Assembly (NCBI GenBank): GCA_963812565.1
Contig: CAWEVR010000006.1
Span: forward strand, 216,199 to 280,198
DNA: 64,000 nucleotides
Direction of reading: 5' to 3'
DNA from: an uncultured Acidobacteriota bacterium
GTDB taxonomy: Bacteria; Acidobacteriota; Terriglobia; Acidiferrales; UBA7541
Each line of letters starts with the position of its first letter. The stretch's first letter is position 1. Shown one piece after another: positions 1-9,195 of the stretch. The translations under genes and the position numbers were made by a program. Below the pieces are notes generated by a model, which saw only the letters and a program-made list of their open reading frames with translations, searched no databases and had not been told where the DNA came from.

Positions 1-302
1 ACGGCGAAGGTGTATCACGCGAAGGCGACCTGCTCGATTTGGGCGTGATGAAGGGCCTGCTCGAGAAGTCCGGGACGTGGATTTCCTACAAGAGCGAGCG
101 ACTCGGTCAGGGGCGCGAAAACGCCCGCCTCTTCTTGAAAGAGAATCCGGACATCCGCGCGAAAATCGAGCACGAATTGCGCAAGGCGCTCGGACTTTCG
201 ACTCATGCGGCGCCGGCCGAAGAGGCTGCCAAGCCTGCGGCCGAAGCAGCGAAGCCCGCGGCAAAGGCAGCGGCTGCAGCTCAGGGCCGTTCCGGTCGAT
301 AG
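1..302 (+). CDS. recA: RecA recombinase, C-terminal fragment (5' end lies outside the window)
   Basis: The frame starting at nt 3 reads [56 protein letters not shown], which is the conserved RecA C-terminal domain. An Ala/Lys/Pro-rich tail follows. Stop codon at 300-302. Confidence 0.9.
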   Translation, partial: GEGVSREGDLLDLGVMKGLLEKSGTWISYKSERLGQGRENARLFLKENPDIRAKIEHELRKALGLSTHAAPAEEAAKPAAEAAKPAAKAAAAAQGRSGR

Positions 303-643
303 GCGGCATTTTTCACCGCTCAGTAGTCATGTGACGGATGGATGGAGGGCGTCCATCGCGAGGATGGATGGGCGTGCCCTGATTTCTTCTCGCTCCTCTC
401 CATACCTGCGCCGCATCGGTTCAGTCGGGCCGTCGCGGCACAGGTTTTTGCTGGCGAAGCTTCGCTCCTGTCGCGTATCTCCTTTCTCGTGAACCCCGTA
501 CCGCTCGAAGCTGGCGGCCCATTCCTTGCTCATGCCAATAAGGAAAATGTGCAGCCCTTTAGGGTTGCGGGAGTGCGGAGCACTCTCTTAGAATTGAATT
601 GGAGTCTGCTGACTGCGGCTTTTACGGCCCCATTCATCACCAA

Positions 644-1726
644 ATGCGACGGAACCCAGCCCTTACACAAGCGGTACCAATTTTTTGCCTTTTTCTCGTG
701 GGTGCACTCGGAGCCGCCTTCGGCGCGCCGCCCCCGCGAAACAGCACCCATCATTCGCGCGGCGTTTCGTCCTACGGGGATCCCACAAAGAATGATGTCG
801 CCGATTACGACGACCCAATCGTTCGCCGGATTGCAGTGGATGCTCTGGGCCATGCGAATGGCTCCGTACTCGCCATGGACCCCACCACCGGCCGCATCCT
901 GAGCATCGTCAATCAAAAGATGGCATTTTCCTCCGGCTTTGAACCTTGCTCCACGATCAAGCCTGTGATCGCGCTCGCGGGGCTTCAAGAGGGTGCCATT
1001 TCTCGCGACACCATGATTCGCGTGGGTCGCCGCCGTTATATGGACCTCACCGAGGCCATGGCACATTCCAACAACACATTTTTCGAAGAAGTCGGCAGCC
1101 GCTTGGGCTTCGATACCGTCATCAAATATGCGCGACTGGTCGGTCTGGGCGAGCGCACGGGCTACAGCATCCCGGAAGAACAGTCGGGCGCGTTGCCGCT
1201 GAAGCCCCCCGTGTACGGAGGGGTTGCCAGGATGTCGAGTTTCGGCGAAGGGATTCGCATCACTCCTCTTCAACTCGCGTCACTCGTTTCCACTCTTGCC
1301 AACGGCGGGACACAATATTACCTGCAATACCCTCGCACCGTGGATGAGCGCCAGAATTTTACGCCGCGAATCAAACAGCAACTCGACATCGCGACCTTGC
1401 TTCCGGATTTGCGTGAAGGAATGCTCGCAGCGGTTCTCTACGGCACGGCGAGAGAGAGCAACGACCCGGGCGGGGAGCAAGCGCTTGGCAAAACAGGAAC
1501 CTGTAATGATGAATCCCTCGGCGGAAGGCTAGGCTGGTTTGTTTCCTATGCAGATGAAGCTCATCCGAAAATTGTTCTTGTGGTTTTGATTCGCGGCGGA
1601 AGCCGCAGCGTGAGTGGCCCGCGCGCCTCGGAAATCGCCGGCCGCATCTATCGTGTTCTGCGCGAAAGAAATTATTTCGCCGGTTCCGCGAGCAGCACCG
1701 CCCTCAGCGCCTCCGCCTCTCATTAA
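644..1726 (+). CDS. Penicillin-binding protein, transpeptidase domain (class B-like, short)
   Basis: Carries the SxxK (STIKP), SxN (SNN) and KTG (KTGT) motifs in the canonical order, plus an N-terminal hydrophobic segment. The start is uncertain: ATG 644, or TTG 599 from the ORF track. Confidence 0.8.
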   Translation: MRRNPALTQAVPIFCLFLVGALGAAFGAPPPRNSTHHSRGVSSYGDPTKNDVADYDDPIVRRIAVDALGHANGSVLAMDPTTGRILSIVNQKMAFSSGFEPCSTIKPVIALAGLQEGAISRDTMIRVGRRRYMDLTEAMAHSNNTFFEEVGSRLGFDTVIKYARLVGLGERTGYSIPEEQSGALPLKPPVYGGVARMSSFGEGIRITPLQLASLVSTLANGGTQYYLQYPRTVDERQNFTPRIKQQLDIATLLPDLREGMLAAVLYGTARESNDPGGEQALGKTGTCNDESLGGRLGWFVSYADEAHPKIVLVVLIRGGSRSVSGPRASEIAGRIYRVLRERNYFAGSASSTALSASASH

Positions 1727-1826
1727 TCCTTTAATCTTCCGACTCGGGCTCAATCTCGATCGCTGTCAAAGACGCGAGTAGCAATCACTTGCGTAACTGG
1801 CACGCATTCGACGCGAGCGATGCGCT

Positions 1827-2036
1827 TCAGGCTGCGGGATGGGAGCGCGCTCGCCGAGCCGGCTTTTGCCATCGCGTGAAATGCGTCTGCTCGAACTGAG
1901 CCGCGTAGCAAAAATCACACAGCTCTTCCGTGCCCTCGCCAGCCGGTCGCGGGCGGAACATTTGCCCGCAGTCGGCGCATTCGCGTTCTGGTTCTCCCAA
2001 ATTGTGATTGGGGAAATTCGAGACTGAACCTTCCAT
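1827..2036 (-). CDS. Small hypothetical protein with a CxxC...CxxC zinc-ribbon-like pattern
   Basis: An internal ATG of the 96-aa ORF has GGAGG 6 nt upstream. The 69-aa product contains CADCG and CDFC pairs. No family was recognised. Confidence 0.45.
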   Translation of the reverse strand: MEGSVSNFPNHNLGEPERECADCGQMFRPRPAGEGTEELCDFCYAAQFEQTHFTRWQKPARRARSHPAA

Positions 2037-2397
2037 CGCAGGCCTCCGAAGGCTCTGTCGCTCGAGAGGAGCGACGCCCGTTGCCGGTCCAATACCTTCC
2101 TGCAAGGAGGCCTCCAAAACCTGTGGATGAAACGCTTACAGATACAGCATCTTGCGGAGCGCGCCTGCAGATAAGTTCCCGACGATTTCCCAAACTGGAC
2201 AATCGCGTGCCCTGTCGGATTCGATTCCGTGTTAACTCAAATGCGGCATGTGCAAGCGTTTTCACGTTTACCGAAATGGTTTGCCCAAATACCCTGCACG
2301 CGTCTCACTTTGTCCGTTTTCTTCACGATCGCGAGCACCCATCGAAACGGTGGCTCCGCATGCTCCTGAACCTTTGCCCTCAGACTTGCGTATACCC

Positions 2398-3747
2398 ATG
2401 CGGGGTTCAAAGGACCTTATGCAAAAACGCCCAAGGTTTCGGTTTCGGCTCCGGGACGTCTTAATCCTGTCAATATTCCTGGCCTGCAACACATCGGGTG
2501 TGTCCGCACAGGAGCAACAACAATTCAATAGCCCCGCGATCCAATCACTCTTGAACAAAGCATCCCAAAAGGACCAGCGCGGGATCGAGGAATTCTGGCA
2601 AGGACTCAAAGGTTCCGGTACGCCTCTCATCGAGTCGATCCGGGCTGAGCCGCACGAATCCCTGGTTACGTTCTTTTGGTGTGGAGACAGCAGCACACAA
2701 AATGTCGTGGTGATTTCCCCATTGACGCTCGTCGATTTGCAGGGCGCCAGGATGCACCAGGTGCCCGGCACAGAAATCTGGTATCTGACCTATCGCATGC
2801 GAAACGATGCGCGCATGGCCTACCGTTTGGCCCCCAATGACAGCCTCGTGCCATTTGAGTCCGAGCCCAACTTTTTCACGCGCATGTCCAAATTTCAACG
2901 CGATCCACTCAACCCAAAAACGTTTGACTATGGCGGAAATGTGCAGGGTTCCTTACTCGAACTGCCGGAGGCGCCATCGGACGCGCGGATCCACGTGCGT
3001 CCGGATATTCCGCACGGGGCGCTCGTGGAATCCAAGCTTCCGAGCGCTCTCCTCAAGAATGAGCGGACGGTCTGGACTTACACACCGCCGGGCTATGACG
3101 CTGCCCGCGCATATCCCTTGCTTGTGGTGATGGACGGAGAATCCTATACGAGCCTCGTGCCCACGCCGACGATTCTCGATAATCTGATTCATGACGGCAG
3201 GATTCCTCCCCTCGTCGCGCTTTTTATTGGGAATGCATCGCCGCAGGCGCGCGACGCGGAATTGAATTGCGCCAATGCTTGGGGAGATTTTCTCGTCAAG
3301 GAAGCCATTCCCTGGATGGTCTCCACCGAGCACGTGCGAATCGAAACGAAAAATGTTCTCATCGCCGGGTCCAGCATGGGTGGTCTGGCTGCAGCATGCG
3401 CCGCCGTTCAGCATCCCGAAGTATTCGGCAAAGTGCTGGCGCAGTCCGGTTCGTTTTACCGCGCGCCTGCTGGAGAGCCGCCCGAATGGCTGGCGCGTCA
3501 CGTCGCACAATCACCGCGCCTTCCGCTCGATATTTACTTGGAGATTGGCCTGCTCGAGACGTCGGCTATACCGAGCCGCGATCCGAGTATGCTGACTTCC
3601 AGCCGTCATCTGCGTGATGTGCTCACCGCCAAGGGCTACCGCGTCGATTTCCATGAGCGTTACAACGGACACGAGCACGTCGCCTGGCGCGCCACTTTTG
3701 CTGCTGGGCTGATTGATCTTCTGGGAAGCTCTACAGAACGCAATTGA
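2398..3747 (+). CDS. Secreted esterase, enterochelin-esterase-like alpha/beta hydrolase
   Basis: Signal-peptide-like N-terminus (ILSIFLACNTSGVSAQ), a GSSMGG nucleophile elbow and a VVMDGESY block typical of the putative esterase family. Start chosen at the internal ATG 2398. Confidence 0.75.
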   Translation: MRGSKDLMQKRPRFRFRLRDVLILSIFLACNTSGVSAQEQQQFNSPAIQSLLNKASQKDQRGIEEFWQGLKGSGTPLIESIRAEPHESLVTFFWCGDSSTQNVVVISPLTLVDLQGARMHQVPGTEIWYLTYRMRNDARMAYRLAPNDSLVPFESEPNFFTRMSKFQRDPLNPKTFDYGGNVQGSLLELPEAPSDARIHVRPDIPHGALVESKLPSALLKNERTVWTYTPPGYDAARAYPLLVVMDGESYTSLVPTPTILDNLIHDGRIPPLVALFIGNASPQARDAELNCANAWGDFLVKEAIPWMVSTEHVRIETKNVLIAGSSMGGLAAACAAVQHPEVFGKVLAQSGSFYRAPAGEPPEWLARHVAQSPRLPLDIYLEIGLLETSAIPSRDPSMLTSSRHLRDVLTAKGYRVDFHERYNGHEHVAWRATFAAGLIDLLGSSTERN

Positions 3748-3862
3748 AGTCATATCCCTCGTTGTTAACTGGCACGAAGCAGAGAGTTTCGTTTTCACTT
3801 TTCTATCGTTGCTCGCGTGCGATATTCTGCGCGCCTCTCGGTGGGGCGGGGAAGGAGCAAGT

Positions 3863-5167
3863 GTGAGTCGCATCAAAGTGATCTCTTGGCTGGCGTTTTT
3901 GTCGGTGGGCGTAGCCTGCGTCGGCGCCTCCTACTACGTCCGGTATTCCGCTGAGAATCATGTGTCTGAGCAAGCCTCTGGCGCCCGTGAGGAGGCCCAC
4001 CGAATTCAACAGCAGGTGGTCCTATTCACGGAGCGCACTATCCCTGCTGGACGGCCTTTCGCTGCACTGCTGGAAGCGCAAGGGATCCCTGCAGAAATTG
4101 CTGCGCACGTCGCAGCGGCCGCACAGCCCATATTCAATCTCCGCCATCTCCGCGCCGGGAATCGGTTGGCCGTGGGGCGCTCCGTCCTGGGAGATTTGCG
4201 TGCAGTGCGCTATTCCATTGACGCCGACCGCGTCCTTCTCGTTGCGCCCGAAGGGAACGATTTCCATTCCGAGATTCGGACCATACCTTCGGAGACCGAT
4301 ACAGTCGGCGTCAGCGGAGAGGTCCAGGACTCATTGTTCGGGGCCGTTATCGATGCCGGCGAGAAACCCGAGCTGGCGATGCGTCTCGCCGAAATTTTCG
4401 GTTGGGATCTCGATTTCTATACCGACCCTCGTCCGGGCGATACGTTTCGCGTTGTCGTTGAGAAGAAGCGGCTATCGACCGGGGAAGTGGCCGCGTACGG
4501 CCGAATTCTCGCCGCCGAATACAAGAATAAAGGCCGCACGTATCGCGCAGTCCTGTTCCACATGCCTTCGGGAGCACCCGCGTATTTCACGCCCGAAGGC
4601 AAGTCGATGAAAAAGGCATTCCTGCATTCACCCCTGAAATTTGCCGCACCGATTACTTCTCATTTCAGCGCACATCGCTTTCACCCCATCTTGAAGCAAT
4701 ACCGCCCGCACCTCGGAACGGATTATGGAGCGCCCTCCGGGACGCCGGTGCAGACTATTGGCGACGGCCGCATTTTGTTTGCCGGACCCAAGGGTGGTGC
4801 GGGGAACCTGGTCGAGGTCCTGCACACCAACGGTTACACCACGTATTACATGCACCTATCGCGCATTCTGGTGCGTTCCGGCCAGCACGTGGAGCAAGGG
4901 CAGCGCATCGGCCTCGTGGGCATGACGGGACTCGCGACCGGTCCGCATCTCGACTTCCGCATCGAACGCCGCGGGGAATTCTTGAACTTCGAGCGGCTGC
5001 CGTTGCCGCCGTCCGATCCGGTCTCCAGGCGCGATTGGAACGAATTCATTTCGGCGCGCGACCACGCGCTCGCCCTCATGCCTTTGCCGCCATCGCAGCA
5101 GCCGACGCTCGCGAAGAACTCGCCCGATGCACCCGGGTCCGCGCCTTCCTCACCGGCAGTTCGCTAG
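3863..5167 (+). CDS. M23 family metallopeptidase (LytM-like), membrane anchored
   Basis: HxxxD motif (HLGTDYGAPSGTPV) and HxH region (GPHLDFR). Has an N-terminal TM segment. GTG 3863 is preceded by AAGGAG 7 nt upstream. Confidence 0.8.
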   Translation: MSRIKVISWLAFLSVGVACVGASYYVRYSAENHVSEQASGAREEAHRIQQQVVLFTERTIPAGRPFAALLEAQGIPAEIAAHVAAAAQPIFNLRHLRAGNRLAVGRSVLGDLRAVRYSIDADRVLLVAPEGNDFHSEIRTIPSETDTVGVSGEVQDSLFGAVIDAGEKPELAMRLAEIFGWDLDFYTDPRPGDTFRVVVEKKRLSTGEVAAYGRILAAEYKNKGRTYRAVLFHMPSGAPAYFTPEGKSMKKAFLHSPLKFAAPITSHFSAHRFHPILKQYRPHLGTDYGAPSGTPVQTIGDGRILFAGPKGGAGNLVEVLHTNGYTTYYMHLSRILVRSGQHVEQGQRIGLVGMTGLATGPHLDFRIERRGEFLNFERLPLPPSDPVSRRDWNEFISARDHALALMPLPPSQQPTLAKNSPDAPGSAPSSPAVR

Positions 5168-5258
5168 GACAGGTCAGCGCGCGGCCCCTGCTTGTTCGTT
5201 GACTTGTCTTTGAGCAGCAGCCTATGATGCTCGGCAAAAGACTGGATTCCCACCCCTC

Positions 5259-7631
5259 GTGGACCCGATCGTCTCTCATTATCGGATCGTTGAAAAAATC
5301 GGGGAAGGCGGAATGGGCGTCGTTTACCGCGCCCATGACGACCGGCTGAACCGCGATGTCGCGTTGAAATTCCTCCCCGCGGAATTGAACGAAGACATGT
5401 CCGCCCGGGACCGGCTGATCCGCGAGGCTCGCACGGCCTCGGCCCTGAACCATCCCAATATCTGCACCATCTATGACGTCTGCGAAGAAAGCGGCCGGAC
5501 TTACATCGTCATGGAGTACGTGAAAGGCCGCCCGCTCGCCGAGCAGATTCGCGAGGGCGGCCTCCCCGACGAGACCGTGATTCGCTACGGCGAGCAAATC
5601 TCCGACGCGCTGTCTCATGCGCATCAACAAGGCGTGGTACACCGCGACCTCAAGAGCTCGAATGTCATGATCACGCCCGAAGGTCGCGCCAAGGTTCTTG
5701 ACTTCGGACTGGCGAAGCGCGTCGCGAGCGCCGAAATCGGTGCGAAAACACTCTCGCTTGAGTCCCAGAGCGAGCAACGCACAGTAGCAGGGACTCTCCA
5801 CTATATTGCGCCGGAGATATTTCGCGGCGAGCCCGCGGATGCCAGGAGCGACATTTGGTCGCTCGGCGTGGTGCTCTACGAGATGGCGGCCGGACAGCGC
5901 CCGTTTCGCGGGAAGACGGCGTACGATTTAAGTTCTGCCATCCTCAGTGGTTCGCCTGAGCCGTTCCACACTAGCGTTTCGCCGGGTCTGCGCGCTGTGA
6001 TCGACCACTGCTTGGCCAAGGAACCGGGAGAGCGCTACCAACATGCCAGCGAAGTGCACGCCGCTTTGGGTGCCCTCGCGTCATCGAGCGCGATTTCGCC
6101 CCTCAGCGGAATTGTGCTGGAGGTCAGAGCCGCCGCCCCGCGCTTCCGCCGCCTTTTCCTCGTTTCCGTCGCCGTTTTGGGGTTGCTGATTGTGGGACTT
6201 GTGCTGGCCAAACAGCAGGGTGCGAAGAAGCAGCGGCTAGCCGTGCCCATCGCGGCCCCCATTCGATCGCTCGCCGTGCTGCCGCTCGAGAATCTCTCCG
6301 ACGATCCCAAGCAGGACTACTTTGCGGATGGCATGAGCGACGCACTGATTACCGATCTTTCGCAGATCAAGGACCTGCGTGTGATTTCGCGCACTTCCGT
6401 AATGCAATACAGAGGCGCGCATCTGCCCGTTTCCCAGATCGCCAAGGAACTACGCGTGGACGCCGTCGTGGAAGGCTCGGTGCTGCGCTCGGAAGATCGT
6501 GTCCGCATTTCGGCGGAGCTGGTCCGCGGCGATACCCAGCAAAATCTTTGGGCCCAGAGCTACGAGCGTCCTTTCAACGACGTGCTCTCGCTTCAAAACG
6601 ACGTGGCGCGCGACATCGTCAAAGAAATCCGGATCCGGCTCACGCAGGAGGAACAGGCGAGGCTCTCGAGCAGCCGCTCCGTTGTGCCGGCGGCGTATGA
6701 CGCGTATCTCCAGGGGCGCTACAACTCAGCCAAGCGAACCGGCGAAGCATTGAGCCAGGCCGTGACGGACTACCAACAGGCAATCCAGCTCGATCCCACA
6801 TACGCGCCTGCTTATGCGGGGCTCGCTGGGGCATTAGCCTTGCTGGCTGATTACAAAGATGTGGCGCCTGCACTCATGTTGCAGAACGCTGAAGCGGCCG
6901 CCCAAAAAGCTCTGCAGCTCGATGACAGTCTTGCCGAGGCTCACGCCGCTCTCGGCTTAATTCGGGAATTCCGCCTTGATTGGGCCGGTGTGCTCGCTGA
7001 GTTTCAACGCGCCATCGAATTAAACCCCGGCGACGCCAACGCTCATCACTGGAACGCTCTGGCCCTTTCCGTTGCGGGGAAGAACGACCAAGCCATCGCC
7101 GAGATCAAGTTGGCTCAGGAACTCGACCCGCGCTCCCCGATCATCAACGCAAACGTCGCCTGGTGTTTTTACCTGGCTGGGAACTACGACGAGTCCATCG
7201 AACAAGCTCGCAAGACGCTGGAGCTGGACCCGAACTTTCCCGTGGCTCACGGATATCTCGGGCAAGCGTATCTCGAGAAGGAGAAATTTGAAGACGCCTT
7301 TGCAGAGTTGCGAAAAGCGCTTTCTCTCTCCGGAAATGAAACGTCTTACAAAGCGGAGCTTGCAAACGCTTACGCGGTTGCGGGAAGGAAGCAGGAGGCG
7401 CTCGCCATCTTGCGAGAATTTCTTGCGCTTTCCTCTAAACAGTATGTCTCTTCATACAACCTCGCTCTCGTGTATGCCGGCTTGGGCGACAAGGATAAGA
7501 CCATCCAGTGGCTGAACAAGGCGTACGAGGAGAAGGCCTTGCGCGTGATCAACATCAATGTCCATCCGAGATTCGCAAGCCTTCGCTCCGACCCGCGTTT
7601 CCAGGCCTTGGTTCACCGGATGGGTCTCTAG
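5259..7631 (+). CDS. Ser/Thr protein kinase with TM segment, TolB-N-like domain and C-terminal TPR repeats
   Basis: Kinase motifs GEGGMGVVYRA, VALKF, HRDLKSSNV, DFGLA and APE. These are followed by a TM helix, an LAVLPLENLSDDP...YFADGMSDALITDL block, and several TPR-like repeats. Confidence 0.9.
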   Translation: MDPIVSHYRIVEKIGEGGMGVVYRAHDDRLNRDVALKFLPAELNEDMSARDRLIREARTASALNHPNICTIYDVCEESGRTYIVMEYVKGRPLAEQIREGGLPDETVIRYGEQISDALSHAHQQGVVHRDLKSSNVMITPEGRAKVLDFGLAKRVASAEIGAKTLSLESQSEQRTVAGTLHYIAPEIFRGEPADARSDIWSLGVVLYEMAAGQRPFRGKTAYDLSSAILSGSPEPFHTSVSPGLRAVIDHCLAKEPGERYQHASEVHAALGALASSSAISPLSGIVLEVRAAAPRFRRLFLVSVAVLGLLIVGLVLAKQQGAKKQRLAVPIAAPIRSLAVLPLENLSDDPKQDYFADGMSDALITDLSQIKDLRVISRTSVMQYRGAHLPVSQIAKELRVDAVVEGSVLRSEDRVRISAELVRGDTQQNLWAQSYERPFNDVLSLQNDVARDIVKEIRIRLTQEEQARLSSSRSVVPAAYDAYLQGRYNSAKRTGEALSQAVTDYQQAIQLDPTYAPAYAGLAGALALLADYKDVAPALMLQNAEAAAQKALQLDDSLAEAHAALGLIREFRLDWAGVLAEFQRAIELNPGDANAHHWNALALSVAGKNDQAIAEIKLAQELDPRSPIINANVAWCFYLAGNYDESIEQARKTLELDPNFPVAHGYLGQAYLEKEKFEDAFAELRKALSLSGNETSYKAELANAYAVAGRKQEALAILREFLALSSKQYVSSYNLALVYAGLGDKDKTIQWLNKAYEEKALRVININVHPRFASLRSDPRFQALVHRMGL

Positions 7632-7684
7632 GTTAATTCGCAGGTAAGCCTGCCAAGTGGACTGCGCCCGCCGGGCAATTCGCC

Positions 7685-7713
7685 TTGACCGCTTGGAGGC
7701 GGAGGACTAGACT
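7685..7713 (+). promoter_or_regulatory. Candidate sigma70-type promoter (TTGACC-17 nt-TAGACT)
   Basis: The hexamers were read directly from the sequence. They lie about 85 nt upstream of the small ORF at 7800. Confidence 0.35.
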
Positions 7714-7799
7714 CCGGTGCTCTAACCCGCGTTCCGGGTAGAATTCGATTCACGGCCTCGAGCATTCACTCCGACAACGGTTTCTGCTGGGAGGTGAAT

Positions 7800-7976
7800 A
7801 TGAGCAGCGTCCAGGTTTCGGTGCGTTCGATTCGAAAAGAAATCGCCAAGGCGGAAAGGGAGCTACGGGCACTCCGCCGGCGCGTCGGCAAAGCAAAGAA
7901 GCAGAAAATCGATTGTGAACTCCGCCTTCTAAGCGTGGCCAAAGCAGTGATTCCAATCGGTTGCTTTGCCCGGTAA
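7800..7976 (+). CDS. Small hypothetical protein (58 aa), candidate substrate or partner of the downstream dehydrogenase
   Basis: GGAGG lies 5 nt before ATG 7800. The N-terminal half is Lys/Arg-rich and looks helical. The C-terminus is hydrophobic (IDCELRLLSVAKAVIPIGCFAR) with two Cys. It ends 61 nt before the next gene. Confidence 0.4.
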   Translation: MSSVQVSVRSIRKEIAKAERELRALRRRVGKAKKQKIDCELRLLSVAKAVIPIGCFAR

Positions 7977-8037
7977 TTTCGTACGGAGAAATATTCGGAA
8001 CTGTTCTCGCCGGGCGCGCGTCCGGTCGAATTGAGGC

Positions 8038-9189
8038 ATGCGAAAAGCAAACCAACTGGCTTTTCGGCGTTCCCCTTTCGTCGTTTCTTATTGGCAGGAC
8101 GGGCGCCTCGTCTTCGAGAATTTTGCAACGTGCATGCGCGCGAGTGCCGCGCCGATTGCTTGTGAAGTTCTGAACTTTTTTGACCGTTGGCGTCCGGCCC
8201 AAGCGCTTTTTTTGCACCTGAACGAATACGATCCTTCAGCTCTGCGAAAAGCGATTGATGATCTTGTCAGTCACTCCTTTTTGAATCGCTCCGACCGCAA
8301 AGAAGGCCGCATCGAACGGCTCCTGTCCTCCTGGAAAGACTGGAATCCGGCGGCAGGCTTCCTTCATTTCTCCACTCAGAACCCCCCGTATGAAACCGAT
8401 TACGCAACGCTCGCTCAAGATCTCCGCCGATTGGCTCGCAGGGCGCCGATGCCGAATCCGGTCAAGCGCTACGCCCGTGCTCCGCAGACGCGTCTACCGC
8501 CGCCGCGGACTCGCGGCGAGTTTGCGCGTGCGCTGCTCGAGCGGCACACTTGGCGAAGATTCTCCCGCCAGCCGCTGGCGCTTTCAGATCTGGGGACGTT
8601 GCTCGGGCTTACGTGGGGCGTTCGTGAGTGGGTTTCCGTGCCCGGCGTTGGGCGCTTTGCTCTCAAGACGTCGCCTTCTGGCGGAGCGTTGCATCCCATC
8701 GAAGCCTACGTCTTGGTGCGGCGCGTCAAGGACACAGCTCCCGGCCTCTATCATTACGATTCGGAGCGTCACCATCTGGAATTGCTGCGGCGCGGTGCGG
8801 CGAGCCGCCAAATCACGAGTTACCTGGCGGGCCAAACGTGGTTTTCGGACGCAGCGGCCCTTATTCTAATGACCGCTGTATTTCCGCGAACGCAGTGGAA
8901 GTACCATTCTCCCCGAGCTTATCGCGTCGTGCTGATTGAGGCGGGACATCTCTGCCAAACATTTTGCTTGGTCGCCACGTGGCTCGGGCTTGCGCCATTC
9001 TGCACCATGGCGCTCGCGGAGTCCCGCATCGAAAAAGATCTTGGAATCGACGGCGTGACGGAGGGCATTATTTACGCGGCCGGAGTTGGGCGCGTCCCGT
9101 CAGGGCAGGACTGGCGCACAGCGGCGGTACCGAAACTGCCGGGCGAAAGAAAACGGCGGAGCACAAGGGATCTTCAACGCAAGAAATAA
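8038..9189 (+). CDS. SagB/ThcOx-type (nitroreductase-fold) dehydrogenase with an N-terminal PqqD/RRE-like domain
   Basis: The C-terminal half carries SPSGGALHPIEAYV, GLYHYD, AYRVVLIEAGHLCQ and GIDGVTEGIIYAAGVG, as in the SagB-type dehydrogenase domain. The N-terminal ~165 aa has a winged-helix-like pattern (PIACEVLNFFDRW...ALRKAIDDLVSHSFL). Confidence 0.85.
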   Translation: MRKANQLAFRRSPFVVSYWQDGRLVFENFATCMRASAAPIACEVLNFFDRWRPAQALFLHLNEYDPSALRKAIDDLVSHSFLNRSDRKEGRIERLLSSWKDWNPAAGFLHFSTQNPPYETDYATLAQDLRRLARRAPMPNPVKRYARAPQTRLPPPRTRGEFARALLERHTWRRFSRQPLALSDLGTLLGLTWGVREWVSVPGVGRFALKTSPSGGALHPIEAYVLVRRVKDTAPGLYHYDSERHHLELLRRGAASRQITSYLAGQTWFSDAAALILMTAVFPRTQWKYHSPRAYRVVLIEAGHLCQTFCLVATWLGLAPFCTMALAESRIEKDLGIDGVTEGIIYAAGVGRVPSGQDWRTAAVPKLPGERKRRSTRDLQRKK

Positions 9190-9195
9190 ATTTCG

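Noticed and set aside
327-533. A 68-aa minus-strand ORF, together with overlapping plus-strand ORFs, between recA and the PBP gene.
   Set aside because: There is no ribosome-binding site and no recognisable family. Several mutually overlapping frames are open here, which argues for chance ORFs.
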